From Lentisphaeria bacterium (GTDB taxonomy: Bacteria; Verrucomicrobiota; Lentisphaeria; JABSQK01; JAWLHB01), in assembly GCA_041690595.1 (NCBI GenBank), contig JAWLHB010000026.1, positions 62,001-108,717 on the forward strand: a DNA stretch of 46,717 nt, in the 5' to 3' direction. Made by a program: the position numbers and the translations under genes. Under the pieces are notes generated by a model. The model was not told the DNA's origin. It ran no database searches and worked only from the letters and a program-made list of their open reading frames with translations. Of this stretch, positions 33,801 to 43,444 are shown piece by piece; within the stretch, counting starts at the first letter, position 1, and each line of letters opens with the position of its first letter.

Positions 33801-33996
33801 TGCCGGTGGCGTCGACTACCGCGTAGTGTTGCGGCAGTGTCAGGGACTTGGGCAGCTCGAAGAAGACCAACTCCTGCTGCCAGTGATGGCCCACGTGATC
33901 GCTGATGGTCCATTCCGCCAATGGCGCGGCGCGTCCCCCCATGGCGAACCACAGGCAGAGCAACAGGATTCCTCTAGCAGGCATAGTCAGTACCAT
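30850..33996 (-). CDS. Large secreted heparinase II/III-like polysaccharide lyase (about 1045 aa)
   Basis: Signal peptide-like MPARGILLLCLWFAMGGRAA. An alpha/alpha-toroid region carries NPNM and GAWLESPGY, followed by GHYDEDQGSVSLFAKGAPLALD and HNRV. Start at 33996 or 33984. Confidence 0.62.
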   Translation of the reverse strand: MVLTMPARGILLLCLWFAMGGRAAPLAEWTISDHVGHHWQQELVFFELPKSLTLPQHYAVVDATGTVVPHQLFVASQELRQIAVLIDLLPFASDTYTLVQRQPPVVAEWQVTEGDRITQVDNGAILVQLGALGTYPLQPFMDLPPPLVSLGGRKSPGTSGHGALHGVGPARLTARQTPGTVNGPLFRDFHYTYAFADGARYDVTLRLILRQPVVLVKENFTLSNERRGTATFVQPPDLTPAVGVRSPLSEWLIDHQMGWQAIVKDTSLPQFTFKLTHGLSDPQVVSYALQGPQLHTREKLKTSEADWVHGLILTPYQARGNRVTAITFADEQKVLGLFSRHLSLWKNTNESRVPLPWLDEGVEARFLASEGSRQWGLWVGTPELLGEDKAGQHGKGIFSRIRQIQVKYGQTPLDKVKDWTLAWQLPPNTHYPRLYYSPASIARMRKNFPELSEEYRNLIAQDKPALALLTEDAEGLRQAFKQGDAELGASVDAFLNGGHDTQDTYTHRFQEVVRANGNRLDVGLACPDLSQAEKKLALARAAFLAYKISDLDYWRYNAYGGGPSNPNMMSIATHALATLAALVPDHPRQRSWFELCRRLVSADILHSIGPRGAWLESPGYQGAGNTPINQTVLILRRHLIVDLTRDTFFGERLMSVSTYYANLLTPPDPRFDGLRKPMALGDNTPFWATFPTYLANAGRQSFPTAAGNAIWAWEQMGRPVGAAALLMFQEHVLDGSIDPIPISGKTEVFPGFGIIFRHGFDTPHETHMTLRQNNFAYGHYDEDQGSVSLFAKGAPLALDWIDYSPNEAAMHNRVDYQPRVAPWLVPSPDLITLKPGADYARMHQAGLPEGTLSFRQQDLDASDWQRQLILVKDTGDPADATYIVFHDRVSSAAPNSWNLWLMAAEDGVAMDGYTVHVTGQNDIDALIAVCQAPEPPRSTGFHRHMTRSYIKMTQDQLRIQMGATGPAEYGVVLFPYRRGVETPPAIRQLQPGVIELSWPDQRRHLLFLGPEPFAAQVDGIDFFGRAALVKFAPEGTELITLDCDLLTQ

Positions 33997-35851
33997 TGAC
34001 TTCAAGCGTCTTCTCCTGCTCTCGGATCGATACGGTACGACCGCGGCAGGTGACGGACAGGGCACCGTCGCTCCAGGCGGCGACAGGGGCATCTTCGTCG
34101 GCCCTTCGGGTAGCAAGAACAGCCGTGACCCGGTTGCCTGGGATGGTCACGGCAAGACGCAGAATGCCCCGCGCTTCGCCATCGAGCGGCGAGGTTGCTA
34201 TACTGGCGCCGGCGGGCTCCTGAAGGAAGAAAAGGTAGAGGCTCAGTTCCGGCCGTAGCAGGACCATGTGGCGCCCCTTGCAGCGCCAGCGCGCCTGCCC
34301 GTCGGCATTGTAGCCCTGCGCCAACCAGGTGATTTCATGGCAATCGCCCTCGACGCGATCCCCAAGTACCAGGATGTCGGGGCGGTTGAGGATGGCTCTG
34401 CGGTAGCAGTGAGTGATTCTCTCGTAGCAGGCGCCGGCATCGAAAAGGGCAGTGCTGATGGGACCATGGTCCTGCTGCTCCACCATGCGACCAGCCACTG
34501 GAGCATGATTGTCGCCAATCTGGCCTTGCCCGTCGATCAGCAGAGCGTTGTGCGCCATAGTGTCGATGAAGGATGGGTCGGGCGGCTGCAGGTAGCGGCA
34601 GTCACCGGTATCCACGAGCAGGGGATAACCATCGGCAGCCAGAAAGAAGGAGTTACGATCACGGTGCTGGTGGGCTCCACCATGGACGCCGGACTGGAGG
34701 GCGACAAAGAGGCCGTCGGTGGTGATGTCCGGACGCCAGATGACCGTGCCGGTATGGCGGGTTGCTCGGGTCCTAGGCAGGACCGGTTTCTCGGCGGGCA
34801 ACGATTCGTCAAGCCCGAGGATAAGCAGCCAGCCGGGATCGCTGATATCCTGATCGAGCTCGTCGAGGAGAAGCCCCTGAAGGCGCGGATCGCGGGAGCG
34901 TCGCGCGAGCATGGCCGTGAGCCGCGGAGCAGACTGAGCAGTGAGCTTGGCGTCGTTGAAGTTGGGAGCGATGGCGGAGGAAGCACCAATCATGAAGCCG
35001 CGACGCCACAGGGGCATGCGGTAGAGCGCTTCGCTGAAGAGGTCGATACCGTCGATCCGCTGCATGGCGGTGAGGGCGACGATGAGCGCGTTGCCGCCAT
35101 AGGCAGCATACGAGATGCCTTCGGCATAGTCACCGTCAGGCCCGAGCTGATTACGCATGCCGGTCTCGATACGCTCACGGGCAATGGATTTCCAGCGTGC
35201 AACACGCGCTTCATCCAGATCGTATCCTGTATCGTAGTAATGTCCCCAGACAAGGTCGCTATCCTGAAGATAGGCGCGTTCAGCCAGGCAGGCAATCATA
35301 TAGAGTCCACCGGCGAACCAGAAGTCCCAATTGTTGACCTGTTCGTCGCGGGGATGCAGGCAGAAGGGATCATCGCGGTCGAGTCTCCGGGCGAAGAGCA
35401 GTTGCCCGCGCTGGTCGGACTCATCGCGGATGCCATCGGGCATGCGGCTCAGGTTTTCGGCGCACTTGGCGATGGCGGCGCCGGTTACGGCTTCCCGCTG
35501 GTCGCGGTTGAGCACCGGCCAGAGCCAATCGGCGGCCAGGCAGATGTTGTGTGCGCGATGCATGCCCGAGAGGCTGATGCAGCCCGCATCGCTGTCCACA
35601 AAGGCGGAAATCGGCGCATGGGCAGCGGCGAGAAGGGACTTGAGCGCTGCATCCTGCCAGTGACGTTCGCGCGTGACGGCCGCGGCAAAAGCGAGGCTGG
35701 CACAGTCGGCTTCAGCTCCGAGATGGCGCAGGTAGGCTTGCCAGAGCCCGCGCAGGCGCCCACTGGAAAGTCGTTGGCGAATGCGCGAGAAATCATCGCC
35801 GTCAGCCAGTAGACCGAGCGCGACACTGGAGCCGAGAGAGCCATGGGGCAT
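33974..35851 (-). CDS. Heparinase II/III family protein (oligosaccharide lyase-like)
   Basis: NNW, DGDYAEGISYAAYG, NFND, HQHRDRNSFFL...LLVDTG and AHNALLIDGQGQ. Start placed at ATG 35851, because the longer ORF overlaps the prepilin gene. Confidence 0.8.
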   Translation of the reverse strand: MPHGSLGSSVALGLLADGDDFSRIRQRLSSGRLRGLWQAYLRHLGAEADCASLAFAAAVTRERHWQDAALKSLLAAAHAPISAFVDSDAGCISLSGMHRAHNICLAADWLWPVLNRDQREAVTGAAIAKCAENLSRMPDGIRDESDQRGQLLFARRLDRDDPFCLHPRDEQVNNWDFWFAGGLYMIACLAERAYLQDSDLVWGHYYDTGYDLDEARVARWKSIARERIETGMRNQLGPDGDYAEGISYAAYGGNALIVALTAMQRIDGIDLFSEALYRMPLWRRGFMIGASSAIAPNFNDAKLTAQSAPRLTAMLARRSRDPRLQGLLLDELDQDISDPGWLLILGLDESLPAEKPVLPRTRATRHTGTVIWRPDITTDGLFVALQSGVHGGAHQHRDRNSFFLAADGYPLLVDTGDCRYLQPPDPSFIDTMAHNALLIDGQGQIGDNHAPVAGRMVEQQDHGPISTALFDAGACYERITHCYRRAILNRPDILVLGDRVEGDCHEITWLAQGYNADGQARWRCKGRHMVLLRPELSLYLFFLQEPAGASIATSPLDGEARGILRLAVTIPGNRVTAVLATRRADEDAPVAAWSDGALSVTCRGRTVSIREQEKTLEVNGTDYAC

Positions 35852-35858
35852 AGGATAC

Positions 35859-36689
35859 CTATTTGCTGGGTTTGTTGGTCCAGAAGAGATCGCCAGGCCC
35901 CTTGGCGCCGCTGTAGACGTCGAGGGCAAGGCGTTCGAGTTCCCATTTCCTGTCCAACTTAACATGTCCGTCAAAGAAAAGCGAGTTCCAGGCGAGATCG
36001 TGTTTGACCATGGCGATCCAGCCGCCGCCGCCGGCTTTGCCGCAGATCTCGGGGTCGAGCCAATATGAGGCATAGGTGCTGTTGAAGTTCCAGAAGGCTT
36101 CATACTGGGACCAGTTGCCGACATAGGAGCGGCCGAATTCGGTGGTAGGGCCGCCATTGGGGATCTCGCCGGCAAGCAGAATACTGGCGGCATCGAGAAC
36201 ATGGCTATCCCGCAAGGGGGCGACATACTTGCTGGGATCTGTTGCGGGATTGATGCCCGATTGATCATGCCAGTTGCGCGGCAAGGCGGGGCCGACGCCG
36301 TAGGTGCTGGGTGGTCTGCTCTGGTTGTTGGTGCCGCCCCATGGCGCCCAGGGATTAGCGGGGCAGAAGAGCTGCTTGGGCATATCGGTGAACCAGTAAC
36401 CGCCAAGATGCTCGGAAAGTGCCATGCGCCATGGCCAGTTCATGGCATTGGGCCAGCTCTGAAAGGCTCCCGCAGGATTGGCATAGGGATAGTAGCTATC
36501 CCAGTCCCCGACATACATCGCGAAGGCCAGGCCGATACCTTTCTCGTTGTTGGCGCACGTGGCCATTTTGGCACGCCCCCTTGCCTTCGCCAGCGCCGGC
36601 AGCAGCAGACTGGCAAGAATGGCGATGATGGAGACAACGACCAGCAGTTCGATCAGGGTAAAGACACGAGGGTGGTGGTTCTTGTTCAT
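35859..36689 (-). CDS. Prepilin-type N-terminal cleavage/methylation protein with H-X9-DG motif
   Basis: [28 protein letters not shown]...[12 protein letters not shown], and [14 protein letters not shown]. Start placed at ATG 36689. Confidence 0.9.
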   Translation of the reverse strand: MNKNHHPRVFTLIELLVVVSIIAILASLLLPALAKARGRAKMATCANNEKGIGLAFAMYVGDWDSYYPYANPAGAFQSWPNAMNWPWRMALSEHLGGYWFTDMPKQLFCPANPWAPWGGTNNQSRPPSTYGVGPALPRNWHDQSGINPATDPSKYVAPLRDSHVLDAASILLAGEIPNGGPTTEFGRSYVGNWSQYEAFWNFNSTYASYWLDPEICGKAGGGGWIAMVKHDLAWNSLFFDGHVKLDRKWELERLALDVYSGAKGPGDLFWTNKPSK

Positions 36690-36746
36690 GATGTATCTTG
36701 CTCCATGGAGAAGGTTCAGTGGGCTCCACGTCGATGGTCTCAGTTT

Positions 36747-36775
36747 AGGGTACTCAAACATGCTTTCAAATGCAA
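36747..36775 (-). promoter_or_regulatory. Putative sigma70 promoter for the prepilin/lyase/lyase operon
   Basis: Minus strand TTGCAT (36770-36775), 17 bp, TACCCT (36747-36752). Confidence 0.5.
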
Positions 36776-36952
36776 GGTTGTTTTTCCATGGCAGCGTCTG
36801 GCATTCCGGTAGCAGCTTCCGCGCGTGAGGCGGATGGTTGTTTTGTGCAATGTGCGGAAGGGGGAGAGAAGATCTTCCGGAAGGTTGCGCTATATTGTGC
36901 GTGAGAATCGTAGCCGAACTTAGCAGATCAACATATATCGAGGAGATGGACG

Positions 36953-38455
36953 ATGCGGGATGAACGCAGGTTGAATGTCTGGTTTGTGACGGGTAGTCAG
37001 AATCTGTATGGCGAAGAGACGTTGCGGCAGGTGGCGTCGGATGCGCAGGCTGTGGCGAAAGCGCTCGATGCGTCGGAGGCGATCTCGGCGGGAGTGGTTT
37101 TCAAGCCTGTGGTAACGACGCCGGATGCCATCCTGCAGGTATGCCGCGATGCAAACAGCGCCGATGACTGCGTTGGGGTGATCTGCTGGATGCATACCTT
37201 CTCTCCGGCCAAGATGTGGATCGCGGGTCTGCGGACGCTGCAGAAACCAATGCTGCACCTGCACACGCAGTTCAATCGCGATCTCCCTTGGGGAGAGATC
37301 GACATGGACTTCATGAATCTGAATCAGTCGGCGCATGGCGGCCGCGAATTCGGCTTCATGGTCAGCCGGTTGCGCATCGACCGCAAGGTGGTGGTGGGGC
37401 ATTGGGCGGAGGCCGACGTTCAGCAGCAGGTTGACACCTGGGTGCGGGCTGCACGCGGCTGGCACGCATGGCAGCATGCGCGCATCGCACGCTTCGGGGA
37501 CAACATGCGGGAAGTGGCGGTCACAGAAGGAGACAAAGTCGAGGCCCAAATCCAATTTGGCTTCGCGGTTCACGGGTTTGGCGTGGGTGACCTGGCGGCA
37601 CAGATTGCCCAAGTCAACGACAAGGATGTCTCCGCCTTGGTCGATGAGTACCGCGAGTTGTACACCTTCGGCGCCGGCATTGAACAGAACGAGGAGAAGC
37701 TGGCGTCGGTTCGACGTGAGGCGCGCACGGAGCTTGGCACCCGTGCCTTTCTGGAAGAAGGCGGTTTCACGGCGTTCACCAACACGTTCGAAGATCTGCA
37801 CGGCTTCGAGCAGCTTCCGGGTATGGCGACCCAGCGGTTGATGGCCGCGGGGTACGGCTATGGCGCTGAAGGCGATTGGAAGACGGCGGCGCTCCTTCGT
37901 GCCATGAAGGTGATGGGCAGTGGACTGGCCGGCGGCGCCTCCTTCATGGAGGATTATACCTACCATCTTGGCGTTGGAACCAAGGTGTTGGGCGCGCACA
38001 TGCTGGAAGTGTGTCCGACCATTGCCGCTGGGAAACCCGTGATCGATGTGCAGCCTCTGGGCATCGGCGGCAAGAGCGATCCTGTGCGTCTGGTTTTCAC
38101 CGGCTCAACTGGGCCGGCCGTGAATGCCACGGTGATCGACATGGGCAATCGCTTCCGGATGCTCATCAATCTGGTGGAATGCGTAGAACCGGATGCGGAG
38201 CTGCCGAAGCTGCCGGTAGCGCGGGCCGTGTGGCTACCGAAACCCAACCTGGCGACCGCGGCGGCGGCCTGGATTTTGGGCGGCGGCACGCATCACACCG
38301 CCTTCAGCCAGAGCCTGGAGGTCGACCATCTGGTGGATTTCGCGGAGATGGCGGGAATCGAAGCGCTGGTGATCGATGAGGCGAGCACGGTGCGTGAGAT
38401 CAAGAATCAGCTTCGCTGGAATGCCGCGTACTACGGCTTGCGCAGCGGGATATAG
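36953..38455 (+). CDS. araA: L-arabinose isomerase
   Basis: [64 protein letters not shown] and GGTHHT; 500 aa. Confidence 0.97.
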   Translation: MRDERRLNVWFVTGSQNLYGEETLRQVASDAQAVAKALDASEAISAGVVFKPVVTTPDAILQVCRDANSADDCVGVICWMHTFSPAKMWIAGLRTLQKPMLHLHTQFNRDLPWGEIDMDFMNLNQSAHGGREFGFMVSRLRIDRKVVVGHWAEADVQQQVDTWVRAARGWHAWQHARIARFGDNMREVAVTEGDKVEAQIQFGFAVHGFGVGDLAAQIAQVNDKDVSALVDEYRELYTFGAGIEQNEEKLASVRREARTELGTRAFLEEGGFTAFTNTFEDLHGFEQLPGMATQRLMAAGYGYGAEGDWKTAALLRAMKVMGSGLAGGASFMEDYTYHLGVGTKVLGAHMLEVCPTIAAGKPVIDVQPLGIGGKSDPVRLVFTGSTGPAVNATVIDMGNRFRMLINLVECVEPDAELPKLPVARAVWLPKPNLATAAAAWILGGGTHHTAFSQSLEVDHLVDFAEMAGIEALVIDEASTVREIKNQLRWNAAYYGLRSGI

Positions 38456-38474
38456 GTTGCAATCGGGGCTGGCC

Positions 38475-39260
38475 TCACCAGTGGAGCCAGCCTCCAGCAC
38501 CCTGGTTGTACATGCGCCGCGGACCACCGCGAACCTTCCATTCGCCATGTCCATCGACGAAGGCAACATTCATGCCGTTGAGCATGCCATGATTGTTGCG
38601 GCTGTCGTGCCCCGAGGCATAAGTAGTCCATGTCAACTTGGTGACATGATAACCGTCGATGATCATGGGTTGGCTTTCGGCAGGATTGATATAGACGGTC
38701 TTTTGCGTCAGGGGATCGGTGCGTTTACTGCCGACGAACTCTTCATTGGGGATCATGGGGGCGATGGAATTGGGATTTGGGGTGGCGGAGATGCCATTGA
38801 TGTGCATGCCGTAGAACGTCCATCCGGCCTGGCTGGCAACATACGGTGCACGTGAGGCGATGAAGCGATAGGTGGCAATGCGCCAGCGAAAACCGAACCA
38901 CAGTTGCCTTGGCGGCCTGTAAGCACTGTCAAGGGGGCCGGCGAACTCGCTGTCGGGGCACATCAGGAGCTTCTCGTCCCCGATGATACCGAGGACATCG
39001 CCGGTGGTGTCCTGTCCGATGAGCGCCTGGGAGGTGTAGGTGCTCTGCATGTACCAGCCGTCATGTTCGCTGGCGTAGACCGACAGCCCCAGGGCAAGCT
39101 GGCGTTGATTGGAGCTGCACGTGCTCTTGCGGGCAGCGGCTCTTGCCTTAGCCAGGGCGGGAAGGAGCATCGAGGCGAGAATGGCTATGATCGCCACGAC
39201 CACGAGCAGCTCGATGAGGGTGAAGAGAAGAAGTCGCGCTGTGGGAGTTTTCTTCCGCAC
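38475..39260 (-). CDS. Prepilin-type N-terminal cleavage/methylation protein with H-X11-DG motif
   Basis: [28 protein letters not shown]...[11 protein letters not shown], and [18 protein letters not shown] start at 39260 after a GGAGG RBS. Confidence 0.9.
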   Translation of the reverse strand: MRKKTPTARLLLFTLIELLVVVAIIAILASMLLPALAKARAAARKSTCSSNQRQLALGLSVYASEHDGWYMQSTYTSQALIGQDTTGDVLGIIGDEKLLMCPDSEFAGPLDSAYRPPRQLWFGFRWRIATYRFIASRAPYVASQAGWTFYGMHINGISATPNPNSIAPMIPNEEFVGSKRTDPLTQKTVYINPAESQPMIIDGYHVTKLTWTTYASGHDSRNNHGMLNGMNVAFVDGHGEWKVRGGPRRMYNQGAGGWLHW

Positions 39261-39313
39261 CTGTCTGTCCTCCGGGTTGTTAAAGAGAATAAAGAGGTAC
39301 ACTACACGTTGGA

Positions 39314-39342
39314 AGTATAGCGTTTAAAATTTATAAAAGCAA
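39314..39342 (-). promoter_or_regulatory. Putative sigma70 promoter of the 38475-39260 prepilin gene
   Basis: Minus strand TTGCTT (39337-39342), a 17 bp AT-rich spacer, TATACT (39314-39319). Confidence 0.55.
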
Positions 39343-39421
39343 GAGTGGTAAGACAACAATCGGTTCCAGGGTGTATAGTGGATTATGTATTATCGGTTAA
39401 ACAACATGCCCGGGATTCAAG

Positions 39422-39688
39422 ATGAAAAAAGTCATTACGCCGCTTGGGGTACTGGTGGTGCTTTACGTGCTCTCCTATCTGCCGGTAAGCCTCATGATGG
39501 GGGCATATGGGGAAACCCGCATTGCCGGGCTGGGGGTTGAACGAACATGGGGTCTCTACACCGATCGCGACCATCTTCTGAAGCGCCGTCGGCAGAAGTC
39601 TCTGGAGGTCATATTCTACCCCATCTATCTGATCGACCGCACCTTGGTGCACGATCCACAACGTGTCGGCATCGAAGTCGACGACTGA
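39422..39688 (+). CDS. Small hypothetical protein with N-terminal TM helix (88 aa)
   Basis: MKKVITPLGVLVVLYVLSYLP...IFYPIYLIDR fills the gap between the prepilin gene and metH. Confidence 0.6.
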   Translation: MKKVITPLGVLVVLYVLSYLPVSLMMGAYGETRIAGLGVERTWGLYTDRDHLLKRRRQKSLEVIFYPIYLIDRTLVHDPQRVGIEVDD

Positions 39689-39697
39689 ACGAGCTGC

Positions 39698-42600
39698 TCA
39701 GTCCGGCATGATGCCGCCGCCAGTGGTGAAGTACTGGGCATTGGGATGATGGAAGACGAGGGCGGAGGTGGAAGCCTCCGGATCCATCATGAACTCATCG
39801 GTGAGTTCACAACCGATGTCTTGCGGCTTCAGCAGTTTCCAGAGGTATTGCTGGTTCTCCAGGTCCGGGCAGGCGGGATAACCGAAGGAATAGCGTTTGC
39901 CCGTATAGTGGGCACGAAAGATGTCGATCATCGGTGTTCCAGGCGAGTCGGGTATGCCCCACATGCGGCGAAGCTGTGCGTGCAGATACTCGGCGTACCC
40001 CTCGGCGGACTCGATGGCCAGTGAGAGCAGAATGTGCGACTTCAGATAACTGCCGCTGGCGCTCAGCTCGTCGGCAAGGTCGCGAACGGCTTGGCCGACA
40101 GTGGTCACGAACATGGCCATGTTGTCAGGCGCTCCGCCAATCGGATTCACCAGATCGGCCAGGCACATGCGGTCGCCACGTGGCTGGCGTGGGAAGTCGA
40201 AAATCACGGCAGGGTCGGCATGCTCGGGGGTCGCGTAGATCATGAGTTTGTTGCCGTCACTGGCGCAGCGGAAGAATTGGTAGACGGCCGCGGGCTGCAT
40301 GATGTGGCTGCCGCGATAGGTGGCCTTCACCTCCTGCACTTCATCCCAGGTCTTGAGCGCTCCTGGATCTTCTGCTTCAAGCTTCGCGCGTGCCTTGCGA
40401 TCGTCCTGTGCCTGCTCGAGCAGGCGGATGGTCGAGTTCTTCATCCCGAGGTGACGCCCGAACAGCATGCGTGGGTTGATATGGGCCCAGATCTGATCAA
40501 TGGGGGTGTTGCGGATGATGTGCCGGTTGAAGTCGGGTGGGGTGGGGGGATTCTCGATTACCGGCAGGGCGCTGCTGCGGATGGCGGGTATGGTGTCGTC
40601 CATCACCTCGACACGCAGGGGGGCCTTGCTCAAGGTCTTGCGTCGCTCGTCCAACTCGAGCTTCAAGTCGGCAAACTTCTTCTTGTCGACGATGCGCTTG
40701 GCCAAGTCGAGCCCACTCATGGCATCCTGTGCATAGATAGCGGTCCCGATGTAGGCCGGGTCGACACGTGTCAGCACGAACTTCTCGGAGAGGGCGGCGC
40801 CACCGCAAAGGAGCGTCACGTCGATCCCTTCTTCGCTGAGATCTTCCGCCGTGACCAGCATCATCTGGGCGGACTTGACGAGTAGACCGGAGAGACCCAG
40901 TATATCGGGTTTGTGTTCGCGCACCGCGGCAATCAGCTGTTCCGGCGGGATCTTGATCCCCAGGTTGATAACCTCGAAGCCGTTGTTGCTGAAGATGATG
41001 TTGACCAGATTCTTGCCGATGTCATGCACATCGCCTTTGACGGTGGCAAGGACGACCTTGCCGCGGCTGCCGCTCTCGTGCTTCTCCATGAGCGGCTCCA
41101 GGTGGGCGACCGCTGCCTTCATCGCTTCGGCGGATTGGAGCACTTCGGCCACGATGAGCTTGTTGTCATTGAAGAGACGGCCGACCTCGTCCATGCCGGC
41201 CATCAGGGGGCCATTGATGATGGCGAGAGGCGGGCTTTCCTCGAGCTTCAGCTGAAGGTCATCGATGAGACCTTCCTTGGTGCCTTCGATGATGTAGCTG
41301 GCGAGCCGATCGTCGAGTGGCAGTTGACTCTTGTCTTTCTTGCCGCGTGGCTTCTGGTCGCGGTAGCGTGCGGCAAAGGCCGCGATGGGATCGTCGCCCC
41401 GATTGAACAAGAGGTTTTCCGCGAGAATGCGCTCGTCCTCGGCGATGGATGCGTAACGTTCCAGCCGTTCCGAGTTGACGATGGCAAGGTCCAGCCCTGC
41501 TTGTACGCAGAGATAGAGAAAGACGGAATTGAGGATTTCCCTGCCGGCGGCGGGGAGACCGAAGCTCACATTGGAGATGCCCAGAATGGTCCTCGTTTCG
41601 GGGAAGCGCTCCTTGATCAAGCGGATTCCTTCGATGGTCTCTTCGGCCGAGCCGATATAGTTCTCATCGCCGGTGGCGCACGGGAAGACGAGTGGGTCCC
41701 AGTAGATGTCTTGCGCCGGGACGCCGAAGTCCTCGGTAAGAATGCGGTAAGCGCGTTCGGCAACCTCCAGTTTGCGCTGGCGCGTGACGGCCATGCCATG
41801 CTGGGGATCGTCATCGATGCAGCCGACCACGAGGGCGGCGCCGAAGCGTCGGGCGATAGGGACAACCTGCTCGAAGCGTTCGAGGCCGTCTTCGAGATTG
41901 ATGGAGTTGATGAGGGACTTACCCTGGCACCAGGTGAGGGCCTGTTCGATCACCTTGGCATCGGTGGAGTCGATCATCAGCGGCACTTTTATCATCTTGG
42001 TTGCCTGCTCCAGGAAGCGCTCCATGTCGGCCATCTCATCGCGATCCGGATTCGCCACGCAGATGTCGACGATCTGGGCGCCGCTCTTTACCTGCGCGCG
42101 GCCGACTTCGGCGGCTTCTTCGAACTTCTCATCACAGATCATCTGCTTGAACTTGCGGCTGCCGATGACGTTGGTGCGCTCGCCCACGATGATGGGGCGC
42201 ATGTCGTCGGCAACTTCCAGAAATTCGATACCACTGACGATGGAGGTGCGTCGCTTGACGGGAAGGTGGGGCTCGATGTCGCAGGCGATTTCCGCAAAGC
42301 GCGCAATGTGTGCGGGCGTCGTGCCGCAGCAACCACCGATAAGATTGAGCCAACCATGCTCGCCGAACCGCCCGAGGACATGGGCCATCATGTCCGGCGA
42401 TTCGAGATAAGTGCCATCTTCATCCGGCAGTCCGGCATTTGGCACGCAGGCGACGGGGAATCTCGATAGCTGAGCAAGCGTACGGATGTGATCGGTCATG
42501 AACTCGGGACCGGTGGCGCAGTTGAGCCCGAGATAGAGAAGATCGACATGGTTGACCGAAGCGAAGAGGGCGTCGACAGTCTGTCCGGCGAGCATGGTTC

Positions 42601-43207
42601 CCATCGGTTCTATCGTGCCGGAGACCGCTACGGGAATGGGCCGTTTCACCTCGGCGAGGAGTCGGTCGATGGCGAGCAATCCTGCCTTGATGTTGCGGGT
42701 GTCCTGGCAGGTTTCCAGGAGAAAATAGTCGACGCCGCCTTCGTAGAGCGCCTTGGCCTGAGCGTGGAAGTGCTCAATGAGCTTTGGGAAGGTGATGCCA
42801 CCGGTGACGGAGATGGCCTTGGTGGTGGGGCCGATGGAGCCGGCGACATAACGGGGACGGTCGGCGGAGGAATACGTATCCGCCAAATCCCTCGCGATGC
42901 GGGCAGCCGCCAGGTTGATATCGCGGGTGCGATCGCCCAGCGCGTATTCGTCGAGGACCAGCGGGGTGGCGCCGAAGGTATTGGTCTCGATGATGTCGCA
43001 TCCAGCCTTGAGATAGCTTTCGTGAATATCGGCGATGATCTGTGGCTGGGTGATGACGAGGTACTCGTTGCAGCCCTCCAGGTCGTCACCGCCGAAATCC
43101 GCGGCGCTGAGGTCCTTCGCCTGGATGGCGGTGCCCATGGCGCCGTCCAGGACCAGCAGTCGGTGGTGCAGAAGATCGGCCAGGAGTGGTCGCTGGGTAG
43201 TGGGCAA
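39698..43207 (-). CDS. metH: Cobalamin-dependent methionine synthase
   Basis: LDGAMGT, LNCATGP, GGCCGT, pterin domain GERTN, B12 motif DVHDIGKN, and activation domain RYSFGYPACP. TTG start at 43207 after GGAGG. Confidence 0.97.
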   Translation of the reverse strand: MPTTQRPLLADLLHHRLLVLDGAMGTAIQAKDLSAADFGGDDLEGCNEYLVITQPQIIADIHESYLKAGCDIIETNTFGATPLVLDEYALGDRTRDINLAAARIARDLADTYSSADRPRYVAGSIGPTTKAISVTGGITFPKLIEHFHAQAKALYEGGVDYFLLETCQDTRNIKAGLLAIDRLLAEVKRPIPVAVSGTIEPMGTMLAGQTVDALFASVNHVDLLYLGLNCATGPEFMTDHIRTLAQLSRFPVACVPNAGLPDEDGTYLESPDMMAHVLGRFGEHGWLNLIGGCCGTTPAHIARFAEIACDIEPHLPVKRRTSIVSGIEFLEVADDMRPIIVGERTNVIGSRKFKQMICDEKFEEAAEVGRAQVKSGAQIVDICVANPDRDEMADMERFLEQATKMIKVPLMIDSTDAKVIEQALTWCQGKSLINSINLEDGLERFEQVVPIARRFGAALVVGCIDDDPQHGMAVTRQRKLEVAERAYRILTEDFGVPAQDIYWDPLVFPCATGDENYIGSAEETIEGIRLIKERFPETRTILGISNVSFGLPAAGREILNSVFLYLCVQAGLDLAIVNSERLERYASIAEDERILAENLLFNRGDDPIAAFAARYRDQKPRGKKDKSQLPLDDRLASYIIEGTKEGLIDDLQLKLEESPPLAIINGPLMAGMDEVGRLFNDNKLIVAEVLQSAEAMKAAVAHLEPLMEKHESGSRGKVVLATVKGDVHDIGKNLVNIIFSNNGFEVINLGIKIPPEQLIAAVREHKPDILGLSGLLVKSAQMMLVTAEDLSEEGIDVTLLCGGAALSEKFVLTRVDPAYIGTAIYAQDAMSGLDLAKRIVDKKKFADLKLELDERRKTLSKAPLRVEVMDDTIPAIRSSALPVIENPPTPPDFNRHIIRNTPIDQIWAHINPRMLFGRHLGMKNSTIRLLEQAQDDRKARAKLEAEDPGALKTWDEVQEVKATYRGSHIMQPAAVYQFFRCASDGNKLMIYATPEHADPAVIFDFPRQPRGDRMCLADLVNPIGGAPDNMAMFVTTVGQAVRDLADELSASGSYLKSHILLSLAIESAEGYAEYLHAQLRRMWGIPDSPGTPMIDIFRAHYTGKRYSFGYPACPDLENQQYLWKLLKPQDIGCELTDEFMMDPEASTSALVFHHPNAQYFTTGGGIMPD

Positions 43208-43444
43208 GTGGGGCCTCCGAGAGTGATGCGGATGCAGGTGCGGCTTGAGTAAATGGTGAACGATTAAGGTAGACTGATTCCGCGAAGGATGCACGGGTTG
43301 AGGTGCAAATAGTTCCGGCGGCTCCAGAAATGAACCTCTGGATAGTTGGCAACATGACGTCACCGGGGCGAATTGGTGGGCTGCGCATTGCTATTCGAAC
43401 GAGGGCGGGTAAACTTCATTCTACACCAGCAGGTAGGACGCGAT

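Noticed and set aside
35852..36406. N-terminal extension of the 810-aa ORF 33974..36406
   Set aside because: Low-complexity Pro/Ala/Ser translation overlapping the prepilin gene in another frame. ATG 35851 is the sensible start.
43210..43365. Possible SAM-I or cobalamin riboswitch upstream of metH (minus strand contains CTATCCAGAG)
   Set aside because: The remaining SAM-I core (GGCAACC, GGTGC.AA, closing GAT) and the B12 box are not recognisable. A GTGCAT-17bp-TACCTT promoter candidate lies only about 60 bp from the start codon. An Rfam scan would settle it.
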